Origin: Neoechinorhynchus agilis
Taxonomy: Eukaryota; Animalia; Acanthocephala
NCBI GenBank assembly: GCA_051530055.1
Contig: CM121341.1
Coordinates: 3,524,151-3,588,150 of the forward strand
Direction: 5' to 3'
DNA: 64,000 nucleotides
The translations under genes were made by a program, and so were the position numbers. Positions 25,616-37,508 of this stretch are shown one piece after another. Every line of letters starts with the position of its first letter. The stretch's first letter is position 1. The notes below the pieces were generated by a model, which saw only the letters and a program-made list of their open reading frames with translations, was not told the origin of the DNA and searched no databases.

Positions 25616-25849
25616 ATATCGATGTGTGGCCTATTATGACACGGCTGTTAATTTTTGGGCACACAGCCCACCGACCTGGTTCGGAGTAGTAATTCAATTA
25701 CTCAATGCGCTGAACCATCCGGTACGAGTTTGTACATTCCTCCGGATCCTCAGATACCTCCAGGAGGAGGGACTCATCAGTTAGTTTCCTCCCTTCAGCG
25801 GTATTTCGTCCCCTTTGGTTGTGCGTCATTGGTGAACCGGGGCGGAAAT

Positions 25850-26765
25850 AAATGAGATTGATGTTGCATTGTTTGTCGCGGATGATGGATTAAGAGAGGA
25901 ATCGTTTCGGGATGCCGATAAAGAACGATTGATTATCCCAAAGAGAGAAGTCCGGGAGCGACTCGAAAATTTTAGTTGGGATGAATGATTGACAATGATA
26001 GAAGTAAGTTTAGAGTTGAGACTTTGTATGGATCAGCTTGGTTTGGAAGAAGGAGAGTATTTAATGTGGAAGGGCTGGGAGATTGACCTTTGTGGTAATG
26101 CGCCGGTGGAGTTGCACTTGATCAAAGAAATTGGGAAGTCGCTTATTGCTCGATCTTTTGGGATGGGGGAGATGTTCGTGGGTTTTTGCTAAACGTAACG
26201 GGTTACATTGGGTAGATGAAGTCCGGATTGAGTTTGGAGGGCCAGTGGAAAGATTTTGTGACGCGTTCTTATGTGGATAGATACGAAAAGAAAATTAAGA
26301 AGTAAGGAGTTTGTGTTTCCTGTTAAGAAAGAGGGAAGCTACGGATGGTGAAATAAAAGTTACTTTGAGGAGACGTGGTCTCCGGTTAGAGGGATTTTTG
26401 GATGGAATGCGCATAACTGTAAATCGGGGAGTAATAGTAGAGTGAATGCCGAGGAAGGCGATGGTGTGCATGGTGTCAACTTCAATACCGTCACAATCAA
26501 TTCTGGGTCAGGATGCGATTTATTTCCTTGAAGGAGGAGTTCATAACACGACGGGTCGAATTCAGAGCGGCGAGGGATGATGGGTTGGGTGAGGTCGACC
26601 TAATTTCTACTCGTTCAGACGTTTCGTTGACCTTTTGTTCCACCGTAGCTTCCTTAGTAGTTACTGAGGGTGAATCGCTATCACTTTTCCGAACCCTAAC
26701 AATTGTCGAAATATTCGAGTCTTTTGAACACCAATTGTTTCCAACGAATCTTCGTTTGAGTTTGC
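25850..26765 (-). mobile_element. CR1-like LINE ORF1 (RRM-like) to ORF2-start remnant
   Basis: RIPSKNPSNRRPRLLKVTFISPSVASLFLNRKHKLL is a typical CR1 ORF1 C-terminus. The frames contain multiple stops. Confidence 0.6.
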
Positions 26766-26769
26766 CATG

Positions 26770-27010
26770 CTGATGGAATCCACCAAAACCGTATTCTCCT
26801 TAGTAGCCGCTTAAGGACGGATACAGCGTTCCCTCGTTGCTTTAGACTTGTGTTTTGCAGGAGGAATGCTCCTGCCCTCGGATCGCCAGTGATTCGTCTG
26901 AGCCTCTTGGACAATTCTTTTGCGAGGTCCTGCGCCGCAATACAAAACAACAAAAATATCTTGACGCCAAAGAGAAAGAAATAGTGATTTCGACCGTGCA
27001 CGATCCACAC
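26770..27010 (-). mobile_element. CRE-type RLE C-terminal fragment
   Basis: ELSKRLRRITGDPRAGAFLLQNTSLKQRGNAVSV. Confidence 0.8.
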
Positions 27011-27044
27011 ACTTGTCAGCAATATATTTGCTAAACGGTGTATG

Positions 27045-29130
27045 GATGACGGATGTTGAAGGTAAAGGAGGCGGGACTGTTTTTTGAAGGGGTGTTGACG
27101 TGGGATCGGAGGCTTTGTAAAGGAGATGACAGACTAGGAGTCTTTACTTGTTCTCCGGTTATTGAAGAAAGATTGTGCTTGAGGGAAGAAAGATTTTTGG
27201 TAGAGGGTGGTACGAGCGAGAGGGGAAGAAAAAGGTTGGGGTTACAGGTGTTTACGAAGGAAGAGTATTTAGAGATGAAAGAAGAAAATTGTGGAGGGGG
27301 TTGAAGAAGACGGAGGGCATTTTTGGAGAAAATGGAGTGGAGGTGGACGTCGAGAGGAGGGAGTGAAGTCCCGCATATTCTAGCTGCTCGGCAGAAAGAC
27401 TGAAGTGAGCAAGGTGTTTAGGGGATACGCCGAGAAGCCGGAGGAGTTTGAGAACGTAAAGACGAGGGTTTGCTTTTGAGAGGGAAAATGAAATGTGGGC
27501 ATCTCATTTAAGGTTTTCTTGGAAATTCAGGCCCAAAAATTCGGAGAGAAGAGGAGCGTTGAATGGGGAGAGGGAGAGGCGCGGGGATAAGATTGCGTTT
27601 GGAAATGTGGGGACAAGCTCAAAATATTTGGATAAATTTAGGGAGAGCTTAAGGGTGGAGAGCGAGGAAATGAGATGGCTGAGCTCGTCCATGGTTGTGG
27701 AGAGGGAGAGAGAGGGAGATGCGATGGTAATGACTGTGAGGTCATCTGCATAGAGAAATTGTTTCGTAGAGGGAGCGAGGAGATGGAGGTCATTTAGAAA
27801 AATGTCAAAGAGGAGAGGGGAAAGTACGGCGAATTCCGGAACCCCTTTAAATATGGGCAGAGAAGAGGAACAAGAAGTTCCACGTTGGATATATTGTTCA
27901 CGCTTGGAGAGGAAATAGGAAATCCAAGCGAGTTGCCAGGTTGGGAGGCCAAAGGAAGCACATGATTGGAGGAGGAGGGAGTGATCTACCGACTCGAATT
28001 GTCTGGAAATATCCAGTTGCACGAGACGGACGGTTGATGCTGGACTGAAATCTAGGCTGCGCACAAGCGTATCGTAGATGCAGAGGAGGGCATCAGAACA
28101 GCAGTAATTGGGACGGAAAGCGAATTGGGAAGGGTAGATGTTTTTGAGGAAGAAGGGAAGTAGGCGGGTTTTAAATATTTCTCTAAGATTTTAGAGAAAG
28201 GTGAGAGGATAGAGATGGGAAGAAAGGATGTGGGGGAAATCGGCTTATCGTTTTTGGGTAGGGGACAACAAGAGCTTCCTTAAGACACGATGGGAAAGAT
28301 AACAGTAGAAAGATAAGGTTAGTTATGTGCGCTAGAGGATCGATAAGTTCCGGGATGATGAGACGAATGGCCCAATTTGGGATAGTCGAATTAGGGGAAG
28401 AATGGCGGGGCAGGCGTTTAAGGATTTCTAGGATTTCGAGAGGGGAAACTAAGGAAGGGCATGTATGAATGGGCAGGTCCGAAAGTGAGAAGGGAGGTTG
28501 GGACAATGGATGGGAGGTTTAGGGAGGACAGAGGTTTTTATTCATTTAGTTAAGGATTGCGAGGAGATCAGATTTGGGGAGAGATGCGAAGGGGGTGGAT
28601 ATACCAAGACCAGTGACATTTTTTATTTCACGCCACCAGTTTCGATTGGGAACGGACGAGAGACGAGATGAGAAGAATAATTTGCGGGCTATACGGATGC
28701 GTTTTGTCAGCGTGGAGTGGAGGAGGGGTAAGTGGGGTTACCTGACCGGAAAGCTTTGGTTACCTGGATTTGAAGGGTTTCTAGAAAAGGCGGAGAACCA
28801 TGGAGGGTCGCGGTTCGAGATTCGTATTGTTTTGCGAGGAAAGGAGGCCTTCATCGCAGATTCTATTAGATTTAACAAAGAGCCTATTGCAATCGAGGGG
28901 TCAGTGCCAAAGAAGGTAGAGCGGTTTTGCGTGATAAGAGAATTGACACATGCAGCAAAGGGTTGGGTATGATGATCACGCTTATCCAAGACAATGTAGA
29001 GGTCGGAAAAGGAACGTTTTTTAGGTGATGTGGGGGAGAGAAGGATGGAACAATGGTCAGACGAGGCGATCGGGGGAAGTTTGCTCGAATATTGCCTGAT
29101 GTTTGAGAATTCTTAATTAAAAAGTTTGCC
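27045..29130 (-). mobile_element. CR1/L2-like LINE ORF2 (post-endonuclease linker, RT, C-terminus), decayed
   Basis: NRDPPWFS, IPELIDPLAHITNLIF..FPSCLKEALVVP, QLDISRQFESVDH, GVPEFAVLSPLLF...YADD. Confidence 0.9.
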
Positions 29131-29598
29131 ATTTCAGAGAAATCTCGAGATTGCCGAGAGATTGGGTTATTTCTACAGGCTTACTTTGAGATTTTTAATT
29201 TAAGAATTTCTTCTTGTGGTAAAACTGCTCGCTGGAGTAAAAATCTCGTGCGTGCCATGAAATTTCGTCATTATTTTCAATTATTAGAAAGAATTTTAAA
29301 TGTTACTGGCAAGCCGGATCTCTTTTAAATTTTTGATTCAGGATATTGCATCCCTTCCTCAGCTTTTGGCACAAGGTCACAGCGTAAAGCCACATCGATC
29401 TATGAGAGGATCTTCTTTTTCTATTACACAATATAATAATTCAGCAGAACTAAAAATAAAGATATTATCTTCAGTGTTTAACCTACGCAATCGGTTTAAA
29501 ACATCCCTGAAACCCACACCAAATGTTTCGAGTTTATTATGGCCGTCATATCAGATATTCTTCTGATATCACAAAAGCCGACTTTCTTTTTTTCCTCG

Positions 29599-30402
29599 CT
29601 AATACATATTCGAATTCGACTGAGGTCTTGGGTGCTTGATTTTCTCGATATTCAACGTTATTGATCGATGCATTGTGATCTAGTGATTCGGATAAACAAT
29701 GGTTTTCCACAAAAAATAAACTCACGTAACATTCTCTGATAAGAATGGCATAGTGTCTTAGATCAATGAACTGTTTTTCGTCGGCCGTAACAATTGAAAG
29801 TCTAAAATCTTCGATTTGTGGAAATTTAAGGTATTTTTTGACAAGCAGTGCTCGTGCAAGGTAATAGTTTTGCACAAATTCATGAAACTGGCTAATTCGG
29901 TCATCCCATTGAGTCACTTCAGACAATACGTCTTCCTGGACGCCAACACCAAAATTGTGGCCATCTTCGACCTTTGGAACGTGGAGTTGGATCCACAGTT
30001 TTATTTCATTACAAATATCGCAAATATTAGTAACGAATGGTCTTAGAAGGTCCTCGATTTCACGAAGTTTTGAATTGGCCGGGAACTCAATGGCGGCCAA
30101 GTTAGCCTTTTTAGTTATCGCATCAGGATTTGGCTCTTGACTGTTCTTGATCACTGCAACGATCCGATCGACGTAGGCTTCGACAATCTGACCACGAGAG
30201 ATTGCATCACTGCGATGTTTATCGGAAAAGATCAATCGATAAACAATCGCTTCTTATGACAATCAGCCTTTATGTCTTCGAGTTTCGCAAGGGACAAACG
30301 CGGATCCTCACATAACTCGCAAGATTCTGAGATCTTCTTTGGAAGTTCGCTTCTCACAATGCTCTCCACATCGGCTTTAATCTTCCTAACGTGAGGTTCC
30401 AT
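29599..30402 (-). CDS. PSME3: Proteasome activator PA28gamma/REGgamma, about 3 exons; last intron 29680-29725
   Basis: LWIQLHVPKVEDGHNFGVGVQE and YYLARALLVKKYLKFPQIEDFR. Splicing GTGAGT...CTAG gives the canonical C-terminus ITMHRSITLNIEKIKHPRPQSNSNMY*. Exon 1 reads MEPHVRKIKADVESIVRSELPKK. Confidence 0.9.
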
Positions 30403-31863
30403 CTAAAGTTGCTGAAAATCCGAATTCCACGTGAGAGCAGAAGGTGATAAGGGGCAAACAGATCCAAAAGCGCGCTCAATCTCCGAAAGAATTTTAAAGA
30501 CGTGACGCCAGATTGAAATAGAAATTCTGAGATAATAAAACTGGATTCCACGTGGAAGCAGAAGGTGATGATAGGGGTTAAGCGAATATTTAAAAAGTTA
30601 CAATCAATTGACGGAAGAAGACCAATGAAAAGGCCGAAAATTCTCAAGATAAATCTATTTCTGAATCAAACATCGCTAATTGAAACTGAAACTATAATTT
30701 CTTTACAATCCAAAAACGTGCTCAGCCCCAGAAAGAATTTTGAAGACTATGACGTCATATTTGATTGAAGTTTTTAGAAAACCGGATGAAAGCATTCGTT
30801 TTTTTTCAAATCGTATAATTGCTTTTCGACTGTAGTTTTTTGGATTGTTGAACTGTTTTCTTTAAAATTCGCTATTCAGTCATGAATTTAGTTGGATTTT
30901 TCTAGAATTTTGATGATAAGTGTTTGTCGATTGAGAATCCTTCGGAATAATCGAATTAGAATTGTTGGAAGCATACTCACAGGCATATGATATTTTTATT
31001 CGAAATATTTCACGAAATAACCTCGCCTAAATGACTAATGCAAAATTCTAATGAGTTTTTAAGCTCAAAAGTTGTTAAATTTCAAGTTATTGTATTTCTT
31101 TGAAAATCACTTTTATAACGGTAAAATCTTTCGCAGTTTTTAAATCCTCAAACGCCCTTGATTGTAGAAAAAAATGTTTTCGCGGATTTTAACCATTTCT
31201 CGATAAATTCAAATGTTTTCTTCGAGTACAAAACTATTGCAATCTTCCGTCTATTCGTTTGAACTGAAGAATTCGGGAACCGTGAAATCACAGTGCTCAA
31301 CATCGTAAAAAGACGTTTTCTCCATTTTTGACAACGGCAACAGATGATACGCGAAACGGTACTACATGATTTAATGACAACAAAGACTTCAATGAGTTTC
31401 ACTTGTCAATGTTCACAAGTTCAGGTTAGTTGCTTCGTCTAGATAACTTTCATTTTTGTGAGAACATTGAACGGTTCAAAGATTTTAAAGAAATAACACT
31501 TGTTTTAGTCCATGAGAAGCGAACGTTTATTTTGGCTTAGTTGCCATGAATCAAGAAATTCTAAACCTTTAAATACTTTTCATTGACGTATCGTCAATTT
31601 GGTCATCCTTTGTGTGTATATTTTCCTTTAATTTCAGAAGTAACCTCCAATTTTTCAAATATCTTCCCATATTTCGCGAAGTCGATTCTCTAATACGTTT
31701 GCAGCATCGCCAAAGTCACTCCTTGACGCCATTGAAGGATAAATTTTTGTAAAAATATCCGCTATCGACAAATATTGCTGGATGATTGCCGGAATAGGCA
31801 AGTATCCGTAAAACATCTTTTTCTTACAATAAGTCCATTAGAACCTTTTATTCAGGTTGCGCA

Positions 31864-31877
31864 ATAACCATAGCAAC
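31864..31877. promoter_or_regulatory. RFX X-box-like motif ATAACCATAGCAAC
   Basis: One mismatch from GTNRCC-ATRGYAAC, located just upstream of the Tctex-like ATG. Confidence 0.5.
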
Positions 31878-31915
31878 GATGGATTTATTATTTTACGAGG
31901 TATAACATTTTGAAG

Positions 31916-32284
31916 ATGATTGACAACCAAAGTATCCGTGATCGAAGGAAAGACTCAATTCTGGTTACAAAAGAGCTAATTTTTGAGGTCGTGGACGAGG
32001 TTTTACATGAAAAAACTCAGATATTTGATAAATATATTACACAAGGGTGGATAACCGAAATAATATCCAGAATGTTGTTTAGGATAAAACAATCGCCAGA
32101 ATCCGATTTGGAGGATACATATTTTATAGTGTGTTCAATTTTTGAACGGAACGTGGAAACTTTGACCAATTACGACTTTCGATCCGATTTTATTGGTGAT
32201 CCCGAAAAGGACGATGTCATTTGTATCAAATACTCGAACGATAGTCTCGTATCTTTTATACTCGTGTATGTTTTTAAGAAATGA
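31916..32284 (+). CDS. Tctex-1 domain dynein light chain-like protein (TCTEX1D type)
   Basis: ELIFEVVDEVLHEK...DPEKDDVICIKYSNDSLVSFILVYVF resembles the Tctex-1 fold. An X-box-like motif lies 38 bp upstream. Confidence 0.5.
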   Translation: MIDNQSIRDRRKDSILVTKELIFEVVDEVLHEKTQIFDKYITQGWITEIISRMLFRIKQSPESDLEDTYFIVCSIFERNVETLTNYDFRSDFIGDPEKDDVICIKYSNDSLVSFILVYVFKK

Positions 32285-32291
32285 ACAATTT

Positions 32292-32726
32292 TTATGAATC
32301 TATGCCCATTTTCCGTTTAAATTCCTTGACTCGTTCCAATCTTTTCTTACTTTTTTTATCCTTTTGCTTCCGGTTGATTTCGGCTTCTCGTTTAAGTCGA
32401 GCACTCAAACTCATCTCTCCGTTCTCCATTTCATCGAGTTTTAACAACATTTTATGCCTAGCCAATTCTCTATTCTTTTCTAGAGAACGAGTAGAATGGC
32501 ATTTGACTATGGCACCCGTCGGAACGTGGCGAAGATGAACGGCGTTATTTGTCTTGTTGACATTTTGTCCGCCCGGTCCGCTGCCTCGGACAAAACTCTC
32601 TTTAATTTCAGCATCGTCCAACTGTTTCGCCCAATCGATCGGAAGTTTAGGGAGTTTTATTGTAGAAGCAGAGCGGATTTCCGATAACCAAATTATAGTT
32701 CTCCAAGCCATCAAATCTGCAACCAT
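32292..32726 (-). CDS. MTRFR: Mitochondrial translation release factor in rescue (C12orf65)
   Basis: ESFVRGSGPGGQNVNKTNNAVHLRHVPTGAIVKCHSTRSLEKNRELAR with GGQ motif and basic C-terminal helix; 144 aa. Confidence 0.92.
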   Translation of the reverse strand: MVADLMAWRTIIWLSEIRSASTIKLPKLPIDWAKQLDDAEIKESFVRGSGPGGQNVNKTNNAVHLRHVPTGAIVKCHSTRSLEKNRELARHKMLLKLDEMENGEMSLSARLKREAEINRKQKDKKSKKRLERVKEFKRKMGIDS

Positions 32727-32939
32727 AAGATTGGGATTCTTAGATTTAAAGAAACTGACTATATTATTGAAGCAATTTACAAGCTACGATCACGTTTTGA
32801 AATTAAACCTTTGTTCAAATGTTGAAGTATTGTGTTAAGAATAAGAACGCCGTGAAACTTTGTCGTGGTCACTTGTAAATAAATTGAGAGGACACCGTTT
32901 TTAATATCTCAAAAGCCATTTAAGAGAAACGTTGCGCAA

Positions 32940-34560
32940 ACTTCATTCGTCGAGGAATAGCTTAGATCGATCATGACAGTTTCTGAAGACTAATGCTAGT
33001 GTATTGGAACAATATCAAGTACTTAATTGTGCGAAGATTGTGAGAGAAACTGCGAAGCGGGTAGCTCGGGCAAATATAGTAAACTTAAAGATCCAACAGT
33101 TGAACCCAGCGATAAGAGGAACGTGACAAACATCAATGACAGATGAACGGGGACGAATGCTTATTACTCTCACGTTGAATGGACATTGACATCTTGCAGC
33201 TAAAAGTATATATTGCGCCATTCGGAAATCAGTTATGCATGTAGGAAGTTCTTACGAATTCTTACAAGGATCAGAAACTTTAATCGAATCTAACTCAGAC
33301 TGAACAAGACTCACTTGCACAGGTGAAAAGCAGATTATGGGAAAATTGATTCATATTTCGAATTTCGATCGATAAAGGCGTAGAAGAAATCATGAGATGG
33401 AGGAATTACTGCGAGATCGGACTACAAATATATGATGGAATCAAAGAACGATTGAAAATTGAAGCGCAGGAAGTTGAACAGCATCCTTCGTGAAGTGCTT
33501 CATTCATGGACTATTGCGAGCACTCGGGATGTATCCAATGGCCAAAAGGAAAACAAGATGCCGGTCGGTCCGGTAACATTAACAACAGCGCCTTCGCTTA
33601 GAATTTCGACAGTCAATGGACATGCGCACCGATTATCTCACTTCCTGGCGATTAGCCTACTGCCTCAGAGAACGAGTTCAATTTTACAGAATGTAGAGCG
33701 CTTACTTAATTCTCTGAATGCGCGATGCAATGACTTAAATCTTAGCCAGGTTATGCCTTTTGATTTTGTCTCGCTCTACACGTCGACAACGAGGTAGCGT
33801 TACGAGCACTCGAGAAAGCGGTTGAATGAGAACCGGGTCTAGAGTGCAACTTCATTCGATGTAGCGACCGACTTTATAAAAAAATCCGTATATTGTCAAT
33901 GGGAAACAACCTTTCTCTCGTCTTGGCAATGATTTTCTTCGATGATCTGGAAAAGCAGTGTATCTTCCCACATTTAAAGTCGAGTTAAAATTTTATGTCC
34001 GCTATTTTTGTATGATGTGCTTTTCACCTACAGAGAGAATTGTGAGCTCGATGACATGGCGAGAAGGTTGAATTTTATTATGCGATACAAACCATCCGGG
34101 TCACTGATTTCAGTTGGTATCGCAAACCTGTGACTAAAAGGATAGTTATGCATCGAGATTCCTGTTATCCTTTTGGGCAATGAAACGGAGAAACGATTAT
34201 CGATAGATAGAGTGAGCGCTATGATTCAAGAGAGAAGAAACGGAACAATGATCGTTCTCGGAATCGATATGGAGGTAAACCTGATTCTAACGATAAAAAT
34301 ATGTCAGTGAAAAGTTTCCAAAAAGCTTCTGCGACGATCTATAAGAGATGTCCGAGGACGAATCCTGGCAAGAACTGGACATCATGAAACGCATTTACAT
34401 AAGCAAAACTGAACGGCCTTCGCATCAACCTGTGATGGCACACGTTCGCAATGTACTGAATTTGGACAGAAGCTACACGAATAACAAATCATCACTAAGC
34501 ATTATTCTTTGTTATCTATGGAGAAATACGTTAGGAAGAATAAAACTGCGAAAGCGTTAA
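32940..34560 (+). mobile_element. Degenerate Penelope-like element (RT plus GIY-YIG)
   Basis: EMEELLRD, HRLSHFLAISLLP, PFDFVSLYTS (cf. SFDVxSLYT), and IYISKTERPSHQPVMAHVRN (GIY-YIG YIGxT). Many frameshifts. Confidence 0.75.
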
Positions 34561-34723
34561 ATGAAAAACAAAGAACCAAAAGAAGGTACAAAGAAGATTA
34601 CGTTGGATGTCGTGCAATTGAGCTGTTTTGAATGAGACGCTTGTTCCAAGCTAATTAAAGAGTCACTATCAAAATAAAACATCCAGCTGTAAAAACAGAT
34701 AGATTTTTTAAGTCGAAGACCGG

Positions 34724-35095
34724 GTGTTCCCGTGGCGAGAAGGAAAATCCCTTCTCTGGGACGCCACTTGTGTGGGCACCCTTACTCTGTCCAATCTAAG
34801 ACATTCCTCAAGGCGCGGGGGAGGTGCTGCAATTGCCGCAGAGGAAAGCAAGCGCGGGAAGTACGCGGAGCTCTTGAGGGCACATCACTTCGTCCCTTTC
34901 GGCGTTGAGACGCTCGGTGCTGAGGCCAAGAACTTTACGGCGGATCTTTCAAGGAAGATGAGGATCGCAACCGGATACCCAAGAGCAGGAACGTTCTTCC
35001 TGCAAAGCATAGGTCACGCGATCCAGCACGGCAACGCTGCATGTGTCCTTGCGACGGTTCCGAGTGGTGAAGAGATGGATCTGGGAGGCTCGTAG
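34724..35095 (+). mobile_element. CRE-type RLE domain fragment
   Basis: PWREGKSLLWDATCVGT...AEESKRGKY...HFVPFGVETLG...IQHGNAACVL. Confidence 0.88.
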
Positions 35096-35509
35096 ATACA
35101 TGAGACTTGATTTGCTGTGAGCTTAGTTTTTGTATGAGTTGAATCTGTCTCTTTCCAAAAAAATTAATACTGAAAGTTTAATTTTTTGTCCATAAACAGG
35201 TAAAATTCGTTTTATTTTAAAACAACTATCGTTCTTCCTGGTGCACCGTAAATTTTTTTTAGTTTTATTACTGGGCCAACAGACAAAAAGCTTGGGAAGC
35301 ACTGGCTTAAGGGGCATGTTAATGTATGAAATACGGGCGCTCGCGTGACTCTCGATTGGTTTTAATTGAAAAATATTTTAATGATCGAACCAGAGTTGTC
35401 AAATCTTAAGGTTAACAAGGAAAGACTAATTATGCCTTTAGACTTTTAGATTTAAATTTAATAATATAAATTTTATTCATTAACTGACGAATTTTTTATT
35501 TAAATCTCA

Positions 35510-36670
35510 CCTTCTTTCACTTCTCAACGACAAATTATCACTCCACAATTCGGCTTCCGGCCCAAATTTTCTGCAACCGACGCTGTACTTTGCATTTATA
35601 ACACGCTCTTAAGTAACCTCGACAGTAATCCCTCTAAAGTCACCCGTCTCATTCAACTTGATTTATCGAACGCTTTCGACTCAGTGGACCATTCACTCCT
35701 TCCCCGGACTTGCTCCAATTTTGGTCTCAACTTGTGGCAGATCCGCTAGCTTGAATCTTATCTTCACAATCGCAAAAAATACATTCACCGTCGATCTATC
35801 TTCTCGATCAGCCTATCCCTCACCAAAGAAGTACCTCAAGGTGCTGTGCTGTCACCCCTTACTTTTAATACTTTCTTAAACGAACTTAAACCTCTCTCGT
35901 CTAACTCTAAACTTTTCTTATATGCAGACGATCTCACCCTGATCATCAAATCAACACCCCACTTCCCCTTCTCCTTAATATCGAACGAAATCATCCACAT
36001 GAAAGATTTCTGCATCAATCACAAACTCTACCTGAATTTCTCTAAATGCTTCGATCACCCCCTGAGCTTCTAAATGACATCCTACGAGTAACCTCCCTAA
36101 GAATTCTGGGTATCCAATTTCAATCAAGTTTGAAATGGTACGCGCACATCACTCTCTCCCTCAAGCACAACACTTTTAAAATTTACCTTCTCAAACGTCT
36201 CCGACATTTAGGAATCCATTCACCGGATCTCTACAAATTTTACTTCTGCTTTATCCTACCATCCCTCACCTACGGTTATCCGGTATTTTTCAACATTTAC
36301 AAATGTCTAATCCGCCGTCTTGAAATTCTTCATAAAAGAGCATCTTAAATTTGCACAGCTGACTTTCCCACTCTCACCGAATGCCTTCATAATATTTTCA
36401 TCAAACAATCAAAACGATTCTCAACCTTTTCATCATATTTTATTCTCCTTTTCACATGTGCACAACACTCGTAATCCTAATTCGTTTCGTCCTACCTTGA
36501 CCTCGCACCTCCCTAAACCTACGCTCCTTTTTCCATGCGGCCCAATCTTCTCTCGGATATCATAACCTGAAATGATTCTGAGAAAAGACCAACCTTACAA
36601 GCTCACCTGCAAGTAATAACCACCAACTTTCCCGCTCGGCCGGACCCGTCATCCACTCAAAAATAAACAG
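35510..36670 (+). mobile_element. 5'-truncated CR1/L2-like LINE (same family as 8.6-10.5 kb) with 3' UTR
   Basis: GFRPKFSATDA, QLDLSNAFDSVDH, VLSPLTFNTFLNEL...LYADD, and the shared tail ending CCCGTCATCCACTCAAAAATAAA. Confidence 0.9.
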
Positions 36671-37508
36671 CTACATTTAAGAATGGACCAAAGGGTACAT
36701 TGCTCATCTTCCTTGCTCATTGCGAGACCGAAGATCGACGGGTGAAATCCACCCTTCATATTCATCAATTAGTTAATTGATTTTTTTAATTTGTAAATAT
36801 AGATCGTCTGCTTTAACGGTTTCTTAAACAGAATTTGTATCCACGTTCACATAATTTGGTATCTTCGGACTTTTGATATTCGACTGATCTTGTTCAATTC
36901 CGAAATCTTTAGGTTTTCTTTAAACTGCGTGATTTACATCGTTCAGAAGCCGAGAATATCAAGCATTTCCGAAAAAATTATCAAAATCATCAACGACCTT
37001 TTAAAGAATGAATTCGGCTTGTATTCTACTTGATTGTTATTGGTTGTATATTTGTTTCGAAACACGTAAAAATGGTCGAATCAAAAGGGAAACGGAATGT
37101 AAGTTACGAAATCCTAATTTAAAAGCGGAATGAACAGGAAAGCAATTTTCTAGGGAACTACAACTCCGACTATGAAAAGTCACGGTTTTTATTGTAAACA
37201 ATAGGAAATTCATGCCTAAAACGATCGGACATCCACGAGTTTCCAATTCTTGTAGAAAATATCGTTAGATATTTAGTTGAAACGCTAAAATCTGGGACGT
37301 CTCGTCAGCAACTGCATTCAAGATGTCTCGCGGCGCATTTTTAGATCACTTTTATGCATTACGGACGTTAGTGGATTCATTTCTAATTCTTCTGCTTCAT
37401 TAAATCATTCGTTGTGATCATTTCGGTGGCACCGTTGCTGACTTTTTTTGTTATTTAACGAGCTCACTTTGAAATTTCGTTTTCGAAGGAGATATTGAAA
37501 CGTTTGAT

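Noticed and set aside
25645-25675. Sm-site-like AATTTTTGG followed by a GGGC-ACACA-GCCC hairpin (snRNA or SL RNA?)
   Set aside because: No 5' splice donor or leader is visible, the Sm-like motif is not conserved in the 19.3-kb copy, and the motif is common in AT-rich DNA.
31600-31850. Minus-strand MASRSDFGDAANVLENRLREIWEDI resembling the PRC1/MAP65 N-terminus
   Set aside because: The similarity is too short and I could not extend it into an open or spliceable frame.
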